Assembly (NCBI GenBank): GCA_016861245.1 | Contig: BOKZ01000001.1 | Coordinates: 415,746 to 479,745 of the forward strand | DNA: 64,000 nt | From: Patescibacteria group bacterium | GTDB taxonomy: Bacteria > Patescibacteriota > UBA1384 > 2-12-FULL-50-11 | Direction: 5' to 3' | In this document: in pieces, positions 1-9,553 of the stretch | Layout: each line of letters begins with the position of its first letter | Position numbering within the stretch: position 1 is the stretch's first letter | The notes under the pieces: generated by a model | Databases searched by the model: none | What the model was told of the DNA's origin: nothing | The model's input: only the letters and a program-made list of their open reading frames with translations | Program-made: the position numbers and the translations under genes

Positions 1-1166
1 TTACAGACTTTCTTAATAACTAACGAAACGTCAACCGGTCGAATCGTAAACTGCATACGGTTCTCTTCGACTCTCACTACTTCTAGTAGATCCTCAGCCA
101 ATCGAACTAACCGCTCGCTCGCTTCAGTTGCTCGTGCCAAGTAACCCGACTGTTTTTCGCTGAAGGTACTTGTGTCTTTACTAAGTAAACTTAAGTAACC
201 CTTGACGGCGGTGATGGGTGTACGAAGCTCGTGGGTGGCGATAGAGATAAATTCGTTCTTGCGCTGCTCTAGCTCTTTAAGATGAGAGATATCTCGAACC
301 AAAATGATGGTTTGAGTTATCTCCCCGTTATCATCTCGGATGAACGAGCCGGAAATATTAACCCACTTCGTTTGTCGCTGCTTAGTTAATATTTGTACGT
401 CGCTGGCAAACGTATTTTTGGTTGTCTGCGGGCCATACTCTGCAATTAACGAAGTTAGCCAGCGATTGTTGCCAGGAATCTGAAGGAAATCTGTTAGGGG
501 TTTGCCCAGGGTTTCTTTAACGGAATAGCCAGTAAGTCGGTAGAGCGGCCGATTCCATATTGTTATGTCTAATTGTTGTGTTAATACGATCAACCCCTCG
601 CTCAAATGATGGGTAAGCGCAGCAAGCCGCTGTTGTTCTTGAACTAACTGGTTTTGCAAGAGCTGCCGTCGTCGCCGAATTCCTAGTAGTAAATTGACGA
701 AATGCAAATACTTCCTTTTTTCAACACTAATTGGATTGGTAGTTAATAGAGTTAATAGGATCGGTGATTGCCCGTGCTGGAGCGGCAGTTGGTAAATAAT
801 TCGTAACGGCTCTTCTAAGAAATCAGTCGCGATCGCTGTTTTAAGGCGTCGTTCAGTCAGCGTATTGCTTGACTCTGATGACCCGGGTAGTACTTGAACG
901 ATTTTAGCTTCGCGAGCGCGGTTAATGTTAGAAAATAAAACCTGTTTCTTATCGGTTCTTTGCACGAGTAAAACCGGAACCGCTAAGCATCGTTGGGCGA
1001 TCGTCCCAAATCTTGTGAAGAATTGATCGGTGTCAGTTAGGCTGTCGGCTACTAGCTCGAGCAGTTCTACTCGGAAGAGATCCGCTTCGTGATGCTCTAT
1101 CCCGCTCAGGCGTTGCAACCACTGCTCCCAGAGTGCTGTTGATCTTGGCGTTTGCTCTTCTTTCAT
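1..1166 (-). CDS. Sensor histidine kinase, partial (C-terminal HATPase domain lies beyond the window start). PAS-like N-terminal region followed by a HisKA H-box.
   Basis: The minus-strand reading frame is open from ATG (complement of 1164-1166) to the window edge. The translation contains FISIATHELRTPITAVKGYLSLL, a canonical HisKA H-box. No stop occurs before position 1. Confidence 0.7.
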   Translation of the reverse strand, partial: MKEEQTPRSTALWEQWLQRLSGIEHHEADLFRVELLELVADSLTDTDQFFTRFGTIAQRCLAVPVLLVQRTDKKQVLFSNINRAREAKIVQVLPGSSESSNTLTERRLKTAIATDFLEEPLRIIYQLPLQHGQSPILLTLLTTNPISVEKRKYLHFVNLLLGIRRRRQLLQNQLVQEQQRLAALTHHLSEGLIVLTQQLDITIWNRPLYRLTGYSVKETLGKPLTDFLQIPGNNRWLTSLIAEYGPQTTKNTFASDVQILTKQRQTKWVNISGSFIRDDNGEITQTIILVRDISHLKELEQRKNEFISIATHELRTPITAVKGYLSLLSKDTSTFSEKQSGYLARATEASERLVRLAEDLLEVVRVEENRMQFTIRPVDVSLVIKKVC

Positions 1167-1293
1167 CTCAAGAAGTATAGTCGTTTACGGCTCTTTTACC
1201 TAGAACACGCGCTCTCATTACATAGCTTTCAAGCGGCTCGATTTGTAAGATATTACAAATAATAAAAATTGCAGAGAATTGGAAGGTAGAGTA

Positions 1294-1321
1294 TTGACAG
1301 AAGGGGCGGATGCGCTAGAAT
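1294..1321 (+). promoter_or_regulatory. Candidate sigma70-type promoter for greA (TTGACA-N16-TAGAAT).
   Basis: TTGACA at 1294-1299, a 16-nt spacer, TAGAAT at 1316-1321, about 70 nt upstream of the greA ATG. Confidence 0.4.
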
Positions 1322-1394
1322 TTCTGTATTAGTAATTAACAAGTTGGTCGGCATTTTATTTTTTTTATTGCCGCCACTGATGTAGGAGAGCACT

Positions 1395-1856
1395 ATGCCC
1401 AAGAAAGAGATTCTTATTACACAAGAGGGTTTAGACAAGTTGCAACAAGAGTTGCACGAGTTAACGACTATCCGACGACCAGAGATCGTTAATCGTATTA
1501 AAGTAGCAAAAGAGCTCGGCGATTTAAGTGAGAACGCCGAATATACATCAGCCAAAGAGGAGCAATCGTTTGTCGAAGGGCGGATTCAGGAGATCGAGCA
1601 AGTTCTAAAGCAGGCAAAAGTTGTTGCCGAAAACCACACTGGTACGATCGGTATCGGTACAACGGTTACCTTCAGTGTTGACGGCGATAAAGATAGTTTT
1701 GAGCTAGTCGGACCGACAGAGTCAGACCCGGAAAAGGGCAAAATTTCAGTTGACTCACCAGTTGGGCAAGCGTTACTTGGACACAAAGTCAAAGACAAGG
1801 TTAAAGTAGAGACCCCCGACGGTTCTGTTGTCTACGAAATTATTTCGGTTGCGTGA
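1395..1856 (+). CDS. greA: Transcription elongation factor GreA.
   Basis: 153 aa. Has an N-terminal coiled-coil (ITQEGLDKLQQELHEL...SENAEY) and a C-terminal FKBP-like domain (SPVGQALLGHKVKDKVKVETPDG...YEII). Confidence 0.9.
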   Translation: MPKKEILITQEGLDKLQQELHELTTIRRPEIVNRIKVAKELGDLSENAEYTSAKEEQSFVEGRIQEIEQVLKQAKVVAENHTGTIGIGTTVTFSVDGDKDSFELVGPTESDPEKGKISVDSPVGQALLGHKVKDKVKVETPDGSVVYEIISVA

Positions 1857-1901
1857 CAGGGCTCTGGAATACTCCAGGTAAGGTCTGTTACACTTTGACC
1901 G

Positions 1902-3104
1902 ATGATTGATATCGCGTTACTTCGCAGTAAACCAGAAGAGATAAAAGAGACGTTAAAGAAGCGTAACGATAACCCCGATGTTGTCGACTCCTTATTAAAA
2001 CTTGATCTACAGTGGCGCACAACCGTACAAAAACTCGAGGCGTTGCAGGCTGAGCGAAACGGTCTCACTAAAACTAAACAGTCGGCCCAAGAGCATCGTT
2101 CGAGACTAGTAGCTTTGAAAAAGATGATCGATCAGGCGGAAGGCGAGGTACGCGAGTGTCAGCTTGAGTTGCACTCTGCCGTCTCGGTACTACCGAATAT
2201 ACTTGCGCCAGACGTACCAGTTGGTAAGGATGCTACGAGTAATAAAGTATTAGCTACCAACGGCAAAATTACAGTTAAAGACGGTCGGCCGCACGAGGAA
2301 ATAATGAAAGACCTTGGTTGGCTCGATCTAGAATCGGCCGCCAAAGCGAGCGGCGCACGTTTCCGTTATTTGATCGGTGAAGCGGCAAAAGCGCATCGAC
2401 AACTATTCACCACTGCAATCGCGTTCGCCGAGTCGAAAGGTTTCACCTACGTCGTGCCACCTGTAATTAGTCGCGGCGAGACGCTGCTTTCGACCGGATT
2501 CTTCCCGCGTGGTGCGGAAGATACGTTTCGGGTTGGGGACGATCAATACCTAGTTGGGACATCGGAGCCGATGTTACTAATGCTCGCGGCGAATAAAACG
2601 TATAACCAGAGCGATTTACCGAAGCGCTTCGTTGGTTACTCAAGTTGTTTCCGTAAAGAGGCCGGTTCGTACGGTCGTGACGTTAAGGGAATGTTTCGCA
2701 TGCACCAATTTGACAAAGTAGAGCTAGTTTCGATCTGCCACCCGGACGACTCAGAAAAAGAGCACGAGCTTATCGTTTCTATGCAGGAAGAGTTTGTCTC
2801 GCGTTTCAATCTTCCATATCAAAAAGTATTGCTATCGAGCGGCGACCAAAGCCATATCGCAATGAAGCAAATCGATATCGAAACATGGTTTCCGTCGCAA
2901 GGTCAGTACCGCGAAACCCATTCGGCGAGTAACTGCGGTGATTTTCAGGCACGGTTGCTGAAAACAAAAGTTTCAGACGGTCGAACGATCGTACTCGCAC
3001 ACACGCTAAACGGTACCCTAGCGACAGAACGCCTACTTTTAGCAATTATCGAGAATAACCAAGAAGAAGACGGTACTGTCAACCTTCCGAGTGAACTCAA
3101 GTAA
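1902..3104 (+). CDS. serS: Seryl-tRNA synthetase (class II).
   Basis: 400 aa. Has an N-terminal coiled-coil arm and class II motifs (FRKEAGSYGRDVKGMFRMHQFDKVE; GTLATERLLLAIIEN). Confidence 0.9.
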   Translation: MIDIALLRSKPEEIKETLKKRNDNPDVVDSLLKLDLQWRTTVQKLEALQAERNGLTKTKQSAQEHRSRLVALKKMIDQAEGEVRECQLELHSAVSVLPNILAPDVPVGKDATSNKVLATNGKITVKDGRPHEEIMKDLGWLDLESAAKASGARFRYLIGEAAKAHRQLFTTAIAFAESKGFTYVVPPVISRGETLLSTGFFPRGAEDTFRVGDDQYLVGTSEPMLLMLAANKTYNQSDLPKRFVGYSSCFRKEAGSYGRDVKGMFRMHQFDKVELVSICHPDDSEKEHELIVSMQEEFVSRFNLPYQKVLLSSGDQSHIAMKQIDIETWFPSQGQYRETHSASNCGDFQARLLKTKVSDGRTIVLAHTLNGTLATERLLLAIIENNQEEDGTVNLPSELK

Positions 3105-3108
3105 TTTA

Positions 3109-5694
3109 ATGGGGTTTTTTCAAAAAATTTTTGGTGACCCAAACGAGAAAGAAGTCAGCAAATACCAGAAGATTGTTGACGAAGTTAACGCGTTCGAACC
3201 AGGCCTCGAGAAGAAAACGGATGCAGAGTTGCGCAAACAGTCGCTTGAGCTGCGCGACAAGATCAGAACGGCAGTGACTACTGTAATTGCCGAAACTGAG
3301 CCTATTCCTGACCGCGTTGAACAAAATACAACTCGTAAAAAATTAATAAACAAGATACTTGAACCAGAATTAGCATGTGCTTTTGCTTTAGTTAGAGAGG
3401 CGTCTAAACGAACACTCGGATTGCGACATTATGATGTTCAAATTATAGGTGGCGTCGTTCTCCATCAAGGGCAGATCGCCGAGATGCAAACGGGAGAAGG
3501 TAAGACGCTAGTCGCGACGTTGCCGCTTTATCTTAATGCATTAACAGGACTTGGTGTTCACTTGGTTACGGTCAACGATTACCTCGCCCGACGTGACGCG
3601 GGGTGGATGAGTCAAATTTACGACTTTCTTGGGTTAACAGTTGGTGTAATCGGACCGCAGTTTTCTTTTATCTACGATTCCTCTTTCGATAACGGCGAGA
3701 ATGATTGGAGACTTCAGCGGCTGCGCCCAGTCGAGCGTCGCGAAGCGTACGCTGCCGACATCACCTACGGCACAAACAACGAGTACGGATTCGACTACCT
3801 TCGCGATAACATGCTTCAAGACGCAAATCAGCTTGTACAAAGAGAATTAGCATATGCTATCGTGGATGAAGTAGATTCAATTTTAATTGATGAAGCTCGA
3901 ACGCCGTTGATAATCTCGGCACCATCTTCAGAATCAGCTGGCTATTATAAAGAATTTGCCAAACATGTTAAAACATTAAAACCACAGACAGACTTTATCG
4001 TAGATGAAAAAGCCAAAAGCGCAGCGCTAACCAATGAAGGAATACAGAAACTGGAAAAAGCAGCCGGTGTCAGCAACCTATACGATCCTTCAAACGCTCA
4101 ACTTGTTCATTACGCCGACACAAGCTTAAAAGCATATGCTTTATTTAAGAAGAATAAAGATTACGTGGTTAAAGACGGACAAATAGTTATCGTTGATGAA
4201 TTTACTGGGCGGTTACTGCACGGGCGTCGATACTCAAGTGGACTTCACCAGGCGATTGAAGCTAAAGAAGGGGTGATAGTTCAAGAGGAGTCGGTTACGC
4301 TCGCTACGATTACCTTTCAAAACTACTTCCGACTCTACTTTAAGCTTGCCGGTATGACCGGAACAGCAAGCACGGAAGCAGAAGAATTCTCGAAGATTTA
4401 CCACCTAGAAGTTGTTTCGATACCGACAAATCGGCCGTCGCAGCGACGCGATTTAGCTGATGTAGTATATAAAACTGAGAGAGCAAAATTTAAGGCCGTA
4501 GCGGAATTAGTTCGGGAGTTGCAGCAAAACGGTCAACCAGTGTTAATTGGGACAGTCTCGATCGCCAAATCTGAAACGATCAGTAAACTACTGAAAAGCG
4601 AAAAAATCGAGCACCGCGTTCTTAACGCTAAATTTCACCAAAAAGAAGGCGAGATCGTAGCCGAAGCCGGACTGCCTGGGTCGGTAACGGTTGCAACTAA
4701 TATGGCTGGTCGTGGCGTCGACATCGTACTGGGCGGTCCGCCGCCGTCGAGCGACGCGCCCAAACAAGAATTTACGATCTGGGAGAAACGACACCAAGAG
4801 ATATTGGAAAGAGGGGGATTATACGTAATTGGTACCGAACGACACGAGTCGCGACGTATCGACAACCAGCTGCGCGGTCGAGCCGGCCGTCAAGGCGACC
4901 CAGGTGTTAGTCAGTTCTTTGTCTCGATGGAAGACGATTTAATGCGAATTTTCGGCGGCGATCGAATGAAGGCGATTATGGAGCGTCTCAACATCCCAGA
5001 AGACCTAAGTATCAATAACAAACTTCTCTCAAGGGCAATCGAACAAGCCCAGTCAAAGGTGGAGACACACAACTTCGATATTCGTAAACAACTAGTTGAA
5101 TACGACGACGTTATGAACAAGCATCGCGAAGCGATCTATCGGCGTCGAGAGCGGATAGTCCGATCAACGTTTAGCGACGAAGCGGCCATCGAATTTCACG
5201 ATGAGCTAGTACAGCTTTTCACTGAAGAGCAGCAAAAGTCGTACGAAGCTCGTTCGAAAGATTGGGGGACGCAGCTGAGATTTGAAGTTGAGCGAGCAGT
5301 AGTACTGCGCGCTATCGACGTACTCTGGGTTGAACATCTTAAAAACCTCGAAGATTTACGTGAGAGTATCGGGTTACAAGCGTACGGTCAGCGTGAACCG
5401 CTCGTAGAATATAAACAACAAGCCTACCGAATCTTTTCTGAGCTCCAAGATACGATTAATCGACAAATTGTTGAAATGCTTCTACACGTCAATGTCGGTT
5501 CTGCGCCCCCAGAGCAGCAGACGAATCAGAGGGTGGCGTACAATAAGCAAGAAGAAGTTACCCAGCCCCAAAGCCAAACAAACAAAATCGGTCGAAACGA
5601 TCCGTGCCCGTGCGGAGCGATCGACCCAGTGACAGGTAAGGTCTACAAGTATAAAAAATGCGGCTTAATTAACGCGCCGCATCACCGTCAGTAG
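3109..5694 (+). CDS. secA: Preprotein translocase ATPase SecA. The likely start is MGFFQKIFG at 3109; the ORF-track start at 3091 overlaps serS.
   Basis: Has a DEAD-like motor (GEGKTLVATLPLYLNAL, DEVDSILIDEARTPLIIS) and a C-terminal zinc finger (CPCGA...KKCG). Confidence 0.93.
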   Translation: MGFFQKIFGDPNEKEVSKYQKIVDEVNAFEPGLEKKTDAELRKQSLELRDKIRTAVTTVIAETEPIPDRVEQNTTRKKLINKILEPELACAFALVREASKRTLGLRHYDVQIIGGVVLHQGQIAEMQTGEGKTLVATLPLYLNALTGLGVHLVTVNDYLARRDAGWMSQIYDFLGLTVGVIGPQFSFIYDSSFDNGENDWRLQRLRPVERREAYAADITYGTNNEYGFDYLRDNMLQDANQLVQRELAYAIVDEVDSILIDEARTPLIISAPSSESAGYYKEFAKHVKTLKPQTDFIVDEKAKSAALTNEGIQKLEKAAGVSNLYDPSNAQLVHYADTSLKAYALFKKNKDYVVKDGQIVIVDEFTGRLLHGRRYSSGLHQAIEAKEGVIVQEESVTLATITFQNYFRLYFKLAGMTGTASTEAEEFSKIYHLEVVSIPTNRPSQRRDLADVVYKTERAKFKAVAELVRELQQNGQPVLIGTVSIAKSETISKLLKSEKIEHRVLNAKFHQKEGEIVAEAGLPGSVTVATNMAGRGVDIVLGGPPPSSDAPKQEFTIWEKRHQEILERGGLYVIGTERHESRRIDNQLRGRAGRQGDPGVSQFFVSMEDDLMRIFGGDRMKAIMERLNIPEDLSINNKLLSRAIEQAQSKVETHNFDIRKQLVEYDDVMNKHREAIYRRRERIVRSTFSDEAAIEFHDELVQLFTEEQQKSYEARSKDWGTQLRFEVERAVVLRAIDVLWVEHLKNLEDLRESIGLQAYGQREPLVEYKQQAYRIFSELQDTINRQIVEMLLHVNVGSAPPEQQTNQRVAYNKQEEVTQPQSQTNKIGRNDPCPCGAIDPVTGKVYKYKKCGLINAPHHRQ

Positions 5695-5711
5695 TACGGT
5701 ATGCTAAAACC

Positions 5712-6515
5712 ATGACGATCGACTTTGAGTCAGAATTTTTAAAGGCAGATAATCTTCGCAATTTTGGTAGAGTCGATCAAGCGATCGAAGCGTACGCGAC
5801 GATCGCCAGAGCGGCCGAGCTAGGGGGAAATAATTTTGAACTCGGTAGAGCCTTACACGGCGCAGCGATAGCAGCCTTCCAAAGCGCTGATAGTAATAAT
5901 CAAGAGTCTAGTTACCTCCGGGACGGACTTAATTACCTCCACAAAGCCGCAGAAGTGTTCCGTTCGATCGACGAAACTGTGCGACTAGGCACAATTTACA
6001 GAGATGGCGCAAGTGCGTTTGCTAAAGCAGGCTTAAGCTCGCAGGCGCTAGACTATTTTCAGAAAAGCATCGTTGAGTTGCAGCAAAGCGACGAATTCGG
6101 CGAGCTCGGCGCAACGTATACAAAATTTGGCGACTATTATCTCGCACGCAACGATCTCGATCCCGCCAACCAGTATTATCAGAAAGCCCTCGACTGTTTT
6201 AAAAAAGATCCGACGAAGGGGTTCTACCTAGCTACAACGTTGTTATCTATCGCCTCACTCCATTTAAAGAAAAAAGAGTATCTTGAGGCATACGAAATAG
6301 CCGAGCAAAGTCTCGGATGGTTTTCGGCCGACCACGGCGGTGAGCGCTACGATTACCGACAGACCCAACTGTACGGATTACTTTCGGTGATCTGCACCCA
6401 TATCGCTAAAGAAAAAGAAGCCGTGAGGTTTGGAGTGCTCTTCGAACAAGGGTTGAAAAAGATCGATCCGCGCTCCGCTAAAAACATTCAAGTCGAGTTA
6501 GAGTCACTCTTGTAG
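5712..6515 (+). CDS. Hypothetical protein, TPR-like helical repeats.
   Basis: 267 aa with repeated A/L/Y-rich helices (AIEAYATIARAA, ALDYFQKSIVEL, NQYYQKALDCF). No catalytic motif was recognised. Confidence 0.3.
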   Translation: MTIDFESEFLKADNLRNFGRVDQAIEAYATIARAAELGGNNFELGRALHGAAIAAFQSADSNNQESSYLRDGLNYLHKAAEVFRSIDETVRLGTIYRDGASAFAKAGLSSQALDYFQKSIVELQQSDEFGELGATYTKFGDYYLARNDLDPANQYYQKALDCFKKDPTKGFYLATTLLSIASLHLKKKEYLEAYEIAEQSLGWFSADHGGERYDYRQTQLYGLLSVICTHIAKEKEAVRFGVLFEQGLKKIDPRSAKNIQVELESLL

Positions 6516-6549
6516 AAAGCAGTTTTGTGCTTCATCGTTGTAAATAGAG

Positions 6550-7794
6550 ATGTCTCGCTTAGGTTCTTTTTGGAGGAAAATCGGTCCAGGGCTGGTAACT
6601 GGTGCTAGTGACGACGATCCGTCGGGCATTGCGATTTATTCCCAAGTTGGTGCCCAGACAGGCTTTAGCTTGCTTTGGACGGCGCTTCTAACTTTCCCGC
6701 TAATGACAGTGGTTCAGGAAATGTGCGCTCGGATCGGCTTGGTTACCGGTCACGGTCTGGCTGGGAATTTAAAACGTAACTACTCAAAACCGCTTCTTGT
6801 TACGCTGATGTTACTAGTGGTTGCCGGTAATACGTTAAATATTGGTGCCGATCTCTCGGCAATGGCGGCTACTACCCACCTACTAGTCCCGATACCCGAA
6901 CCGATTTTAGCGATCTTCTACACGGTACTTATTCTCGTTGCTCTACTTTATAGCTCGTATCAAACGATCGCGAACGTTCTCAAGTGGGTGGCGTTAACGT
7001 TGCTTGTCTATTTGGCAGTGCCATTTTTCACAGAGACAGATTGGGCCGGCGCGATCCGCGGTACCTTAGTACCAAGTTTAGAGTTTAAGAAAGAAACTCT
7101 TGCTCTTATTGTCGCGATTTTCGGCACAACAATCTCGCCGTATCTATTTTTCTGGCAAACCTCGATGGAGGTAGAAGATAAGAAGACTAAAATTAAGCGG
7201 CTCTTTGCGCATTGGTTTATCCGTAAGCGTGAGTTAAACGATATGAAACAGGATGTCACACTTGGGATGCTACTTTCTAACATTGTGATGTGGTTTATCA
7301 TCGTGACAGCGGCGGTGGCGTTGAATTCAAACGGTATTACAACAATTAACACCACTAAAGAAGCGGCGGAAGCACTTCGTTCTTTTGCCGGAGATTTAGC
7401 ATATGTTATTTTCTCTCTTGGTGTAGTTAGCGTCGGATTTCTTGCTATCCCAGTCCTTGCCGGTGCTAGCTCGTACGCGCTTTCTGAAACGTTTGGCTGG
7501 AAGGAGGGTCTGAATAAAAAGTTCCACCAAGCGCCTCAATTTTATTTAATTATTATTATTTCGACACTAGTAGGATTATTAATCCCGTTACTTGGTGTTG
7601 ATCCGATTAAAGCGTTAGTTTATACCGGTATTTTCTTCGGTTGTACGGCGCCGATTCTCATCTTTGTTATTCTTCACGTCGCCAATAATAAGAAGATTAT
7701 GGGGAAATTCACTAATTCGCTGGCAACCAACATCGTTGGCTACGCGACGTTCTTCATTATGTCAGCTGCACTTATAGCGCTGATTCTGCTCTAG
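6550..7794 (+). CDS. NRAMP-family divalent metal (Mn/Fe) transporter.
   Basis: Polytopic membrane protein, 414 aa, with an N-terminal GPGLVTGASDDDPSGIAIYS signature matching the Nramp/MntH family (COG1914-like). Confidence 0.6.
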   Translation: MSRLGSFWRKIGPGLVTGASDDDPSGIAIYSQVGAQTGFSLLWTALLTFPLMTVVQEMCARIGLVTGHGLAGNLKRNYSKPLLVTLMLLVVAGNTLNIGADLSAMAATTHLLVPIPEPILAIFYTVLILVALLYSSYQTIANVLKWVALTLLVYLAVPFFTETDWAGAIRGTLVPSLEFKKETLALIVAIFGTTISPYLFFWQTSMEVEDKKTKIKRLFAHWFIRKRELNDMKQDVTLGMLLSNIVMWFIIVTAAVALNSNGITTINTTKEAAEALRSFAGDLAYVIFSLGVVSVGFLAIPVLAGASSYALSETFGWKEGLNKKFHQAPQFYLIIIISTLVGLLIPLLGVDPIKALVYTGIFFGCTAPILIFVILHVANNKKIMGKFTNSLATNIVGYATFFIMSAALIALILL

Positions 7795-7829
7795 GAGCAG
7801 GCGTAAAAGCTTGTTATGCTCAAACTCGG

Positions 7830-8600
7830 ATGACAACCGACATACAAAAAGCTGACCAGGAAATTCTTCGCATCGGGGCGCCGGCTAAATCCGAGCGGAA
7901 AATAAATACGTCTTCAAAGCCGTTGATCGAATTCAAAAAAGTAACGATGCAGTACCCCGGTCGGCTGGCGGTAAGAGAAGTTGATCTGGAAATCCGCGAG
8001 GGCGAGTTTGTTTGTTTGGTTGGTCAAAGCGGTGTCGGTAAAACAACACTAATTAAGCTTCTGACTATTCAGGAAACCCCGACTACCGGGGAGGTCTATG
8101 TTGCCGGCCGGAACTTGGCGGATTTGCGCAGTAAAGAAGTGCCGCTCTACCGAAGAAAAATCGGAGTAGTTTTTCAGGACTTTAAGTTACTGCCCCAGAA
8201 AACTGTGTGGGAGAATGTGGCGTTCGCCATGGAGGTTTGTGGTTTTTCGAACGCAGAGATCGCGAAGCGAACAGAAAAAGTGCTTGATTTAGTTAATTTG
8301 GGTCGGCGGGCAAAGAATTATCCGCACGAACTCTCTGGCGGCGAACGACAGCGCGTCGCGATCGCTCGGGCCCTGGTTCACTCCCCCAAAATTTTAATCG
8401 CCGACGAGCCAACCGGGAACCTAGATCCAGTTAATACTTGGGAAATTATCGAGTTGTTGTACCGAATTCATCAGAAAGGAACAACAATTATTCTTGCTAC
8501 GCACAACCGCCAAGTTGTCGACCGTATCCAGAAGCGAGTAGTACTGATGAAGTCTGGGAAAATCGTCAGCGATCAGCACGGAGGTAAATATGTCATATAA
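7830..8600 (+). CDS. ftsE: Cell-division ABC ATPase FtsE. The N-terminal extension is uncertain.
   Basis: Walker A (GQSGVGKTT), ABC signature (LSGGERQRVAIARAL), Walker B (ILIADEPTGNLD). It is immediately upstream of, and overlapping, ftsX. Confidence 0.8.
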   Translation: MTTDIQKADQEILRIGAPAKSERKINTSSKPLIEFKKVTMQYPGRLAVREVDLEIREGEFVCLVGQSGVGKTTLIKLLTIQETPTTGEVYVAGRNLADLRSKEVPLYRRKIGVVFQDFKLLPQKTVWENVAFAMEVCGFSNAEIAKRTEKVLDLVNLGRRAKNYPHELSGGERQRVAIARALVHSPKILIADEPTGNLDPVNTWEIIELLYRIHQKGTTIILATHNRQVVDRIQKRVVLMKSGKIVSDQHGGKYVI

Positions 8601-9516
8601 ACTCGAAACCGTGTTGCGGATTGTAAAGCTCGGCCTAAATAATTTTTGGAGAAACCGCTGGTTAACGCTCGGGGCGACACTTTTAATGACGTTAACGCTA
8701 ACGATGATTAGCGTCTTTTTGCTCTTCTCGTTTATCGTTCGTGATACCGCGGAGGCGATTCGTTCGAAGATCGACGTCACAATTTACTTTACCGATGACG
8801 CCGTAGCAGACGAGAAAATTATGGCGCTTGCCGATCGAATTAAATCGCAGCCAAACATTCAGGAAGTTATCTTTGTGAATAAGAAACAAGCGCTAGAAAT
8901 ATGGCAACGACTGCCAATTAACGAGGACGTTAAAAAGCCAGTGAGCGACTCATACAATCCGCTGCCCCGAAGTCTCCAAGTTGATACAACCGACCCAGAC
9001 GAAATACAGGGAGTAGTGAGTAGTATCGAAATCGCCGATACCGAGAAACTCATCTGTAACGAGTGCGTGTCGTACGTTAAAAACAAAGATGCAGTTAACA
9101 AGCTCGTTAGTATTACTCGGTTAGTTCAGCGAGTCGGACTATTTTTAAGTATTTTCTTTGGAATAATTGCCATATTCAACGTGCTTAATATTATTCGCAT
9201 CACCATCTCGGCCCGCTCAGATGAGATCGAAATTATGCGATACGTCGGTGCGTCAAATGCCTTTGTCCGCGGTCCGTTTGTAGTTGAAGGAGTGCTTTAC
9301 GGAGTGCTCGGTACGATAATAACTACTTTGTTTATTGTGTTAGTTTCACAAATTGCCAGCGGATATATTAGTATCACCGCTGACGTTTTGAACTTAAGTT
9401 TCGGCGCGTACGTACTTCATTACATCTGGCAAATTATCGGTTTTCAGCTGCTTATCGGTGTAATTCTAGGCGTAGTTGTTAGTGTTATCTCAATGCGGCG
9501 GTATCTACGAGCTTAA
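8590..9516 (+). CDS. ftsX: Cell-division permease FtsX.
   Basis: 308 aa. It has an N-terminal TM, a large extracellular loop, and three C-terminal TMs (FtsX/MacB permease topology), and it is translationally coupled to ftsE. Confidence 0.75.
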   Translation: MSYKLETVLRIVKLGLNNFWRNRWLTLGATLLMTLTLTMISVFLLFSFIVRDTAEAIRSKIDVTIYFTDDAVADEKIMALADRIKSQPNIQEVIFVNKKQALEIWQRLPINEDVKKPVSDSYNPLPRSLQVDTTDPDEIQGVVSSIEIADTEKLICNECVSYVKNKDAVNKLVSITRLVQRVGLFLSIFFGIIAIFNVLNIIRITISARSDEIEIMRYVGASNAFVRGPFVVEGVLYGVLGTIITTLFIVLVSQIASGYISITADVLNLSFGAYVLHYIWQIIGFQLLIGVILGVVVSVISMRRYLRA

Positions 9517-9553
9517 CATTGCAACCGACAAGCGGCGTGCTAGGATAGGTATA

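Noticed and set aside
3091-3108. secA start at 3091 overlapping serS by 14 nt.
   Set aside because: SecA proteins begin with a conserved M-(L/G)-x-F-(L/Q)-K-(I/L)-FG. The downstream ATG at 3109 (MGFFQKIFG) fits that pattern and removes the overlap.
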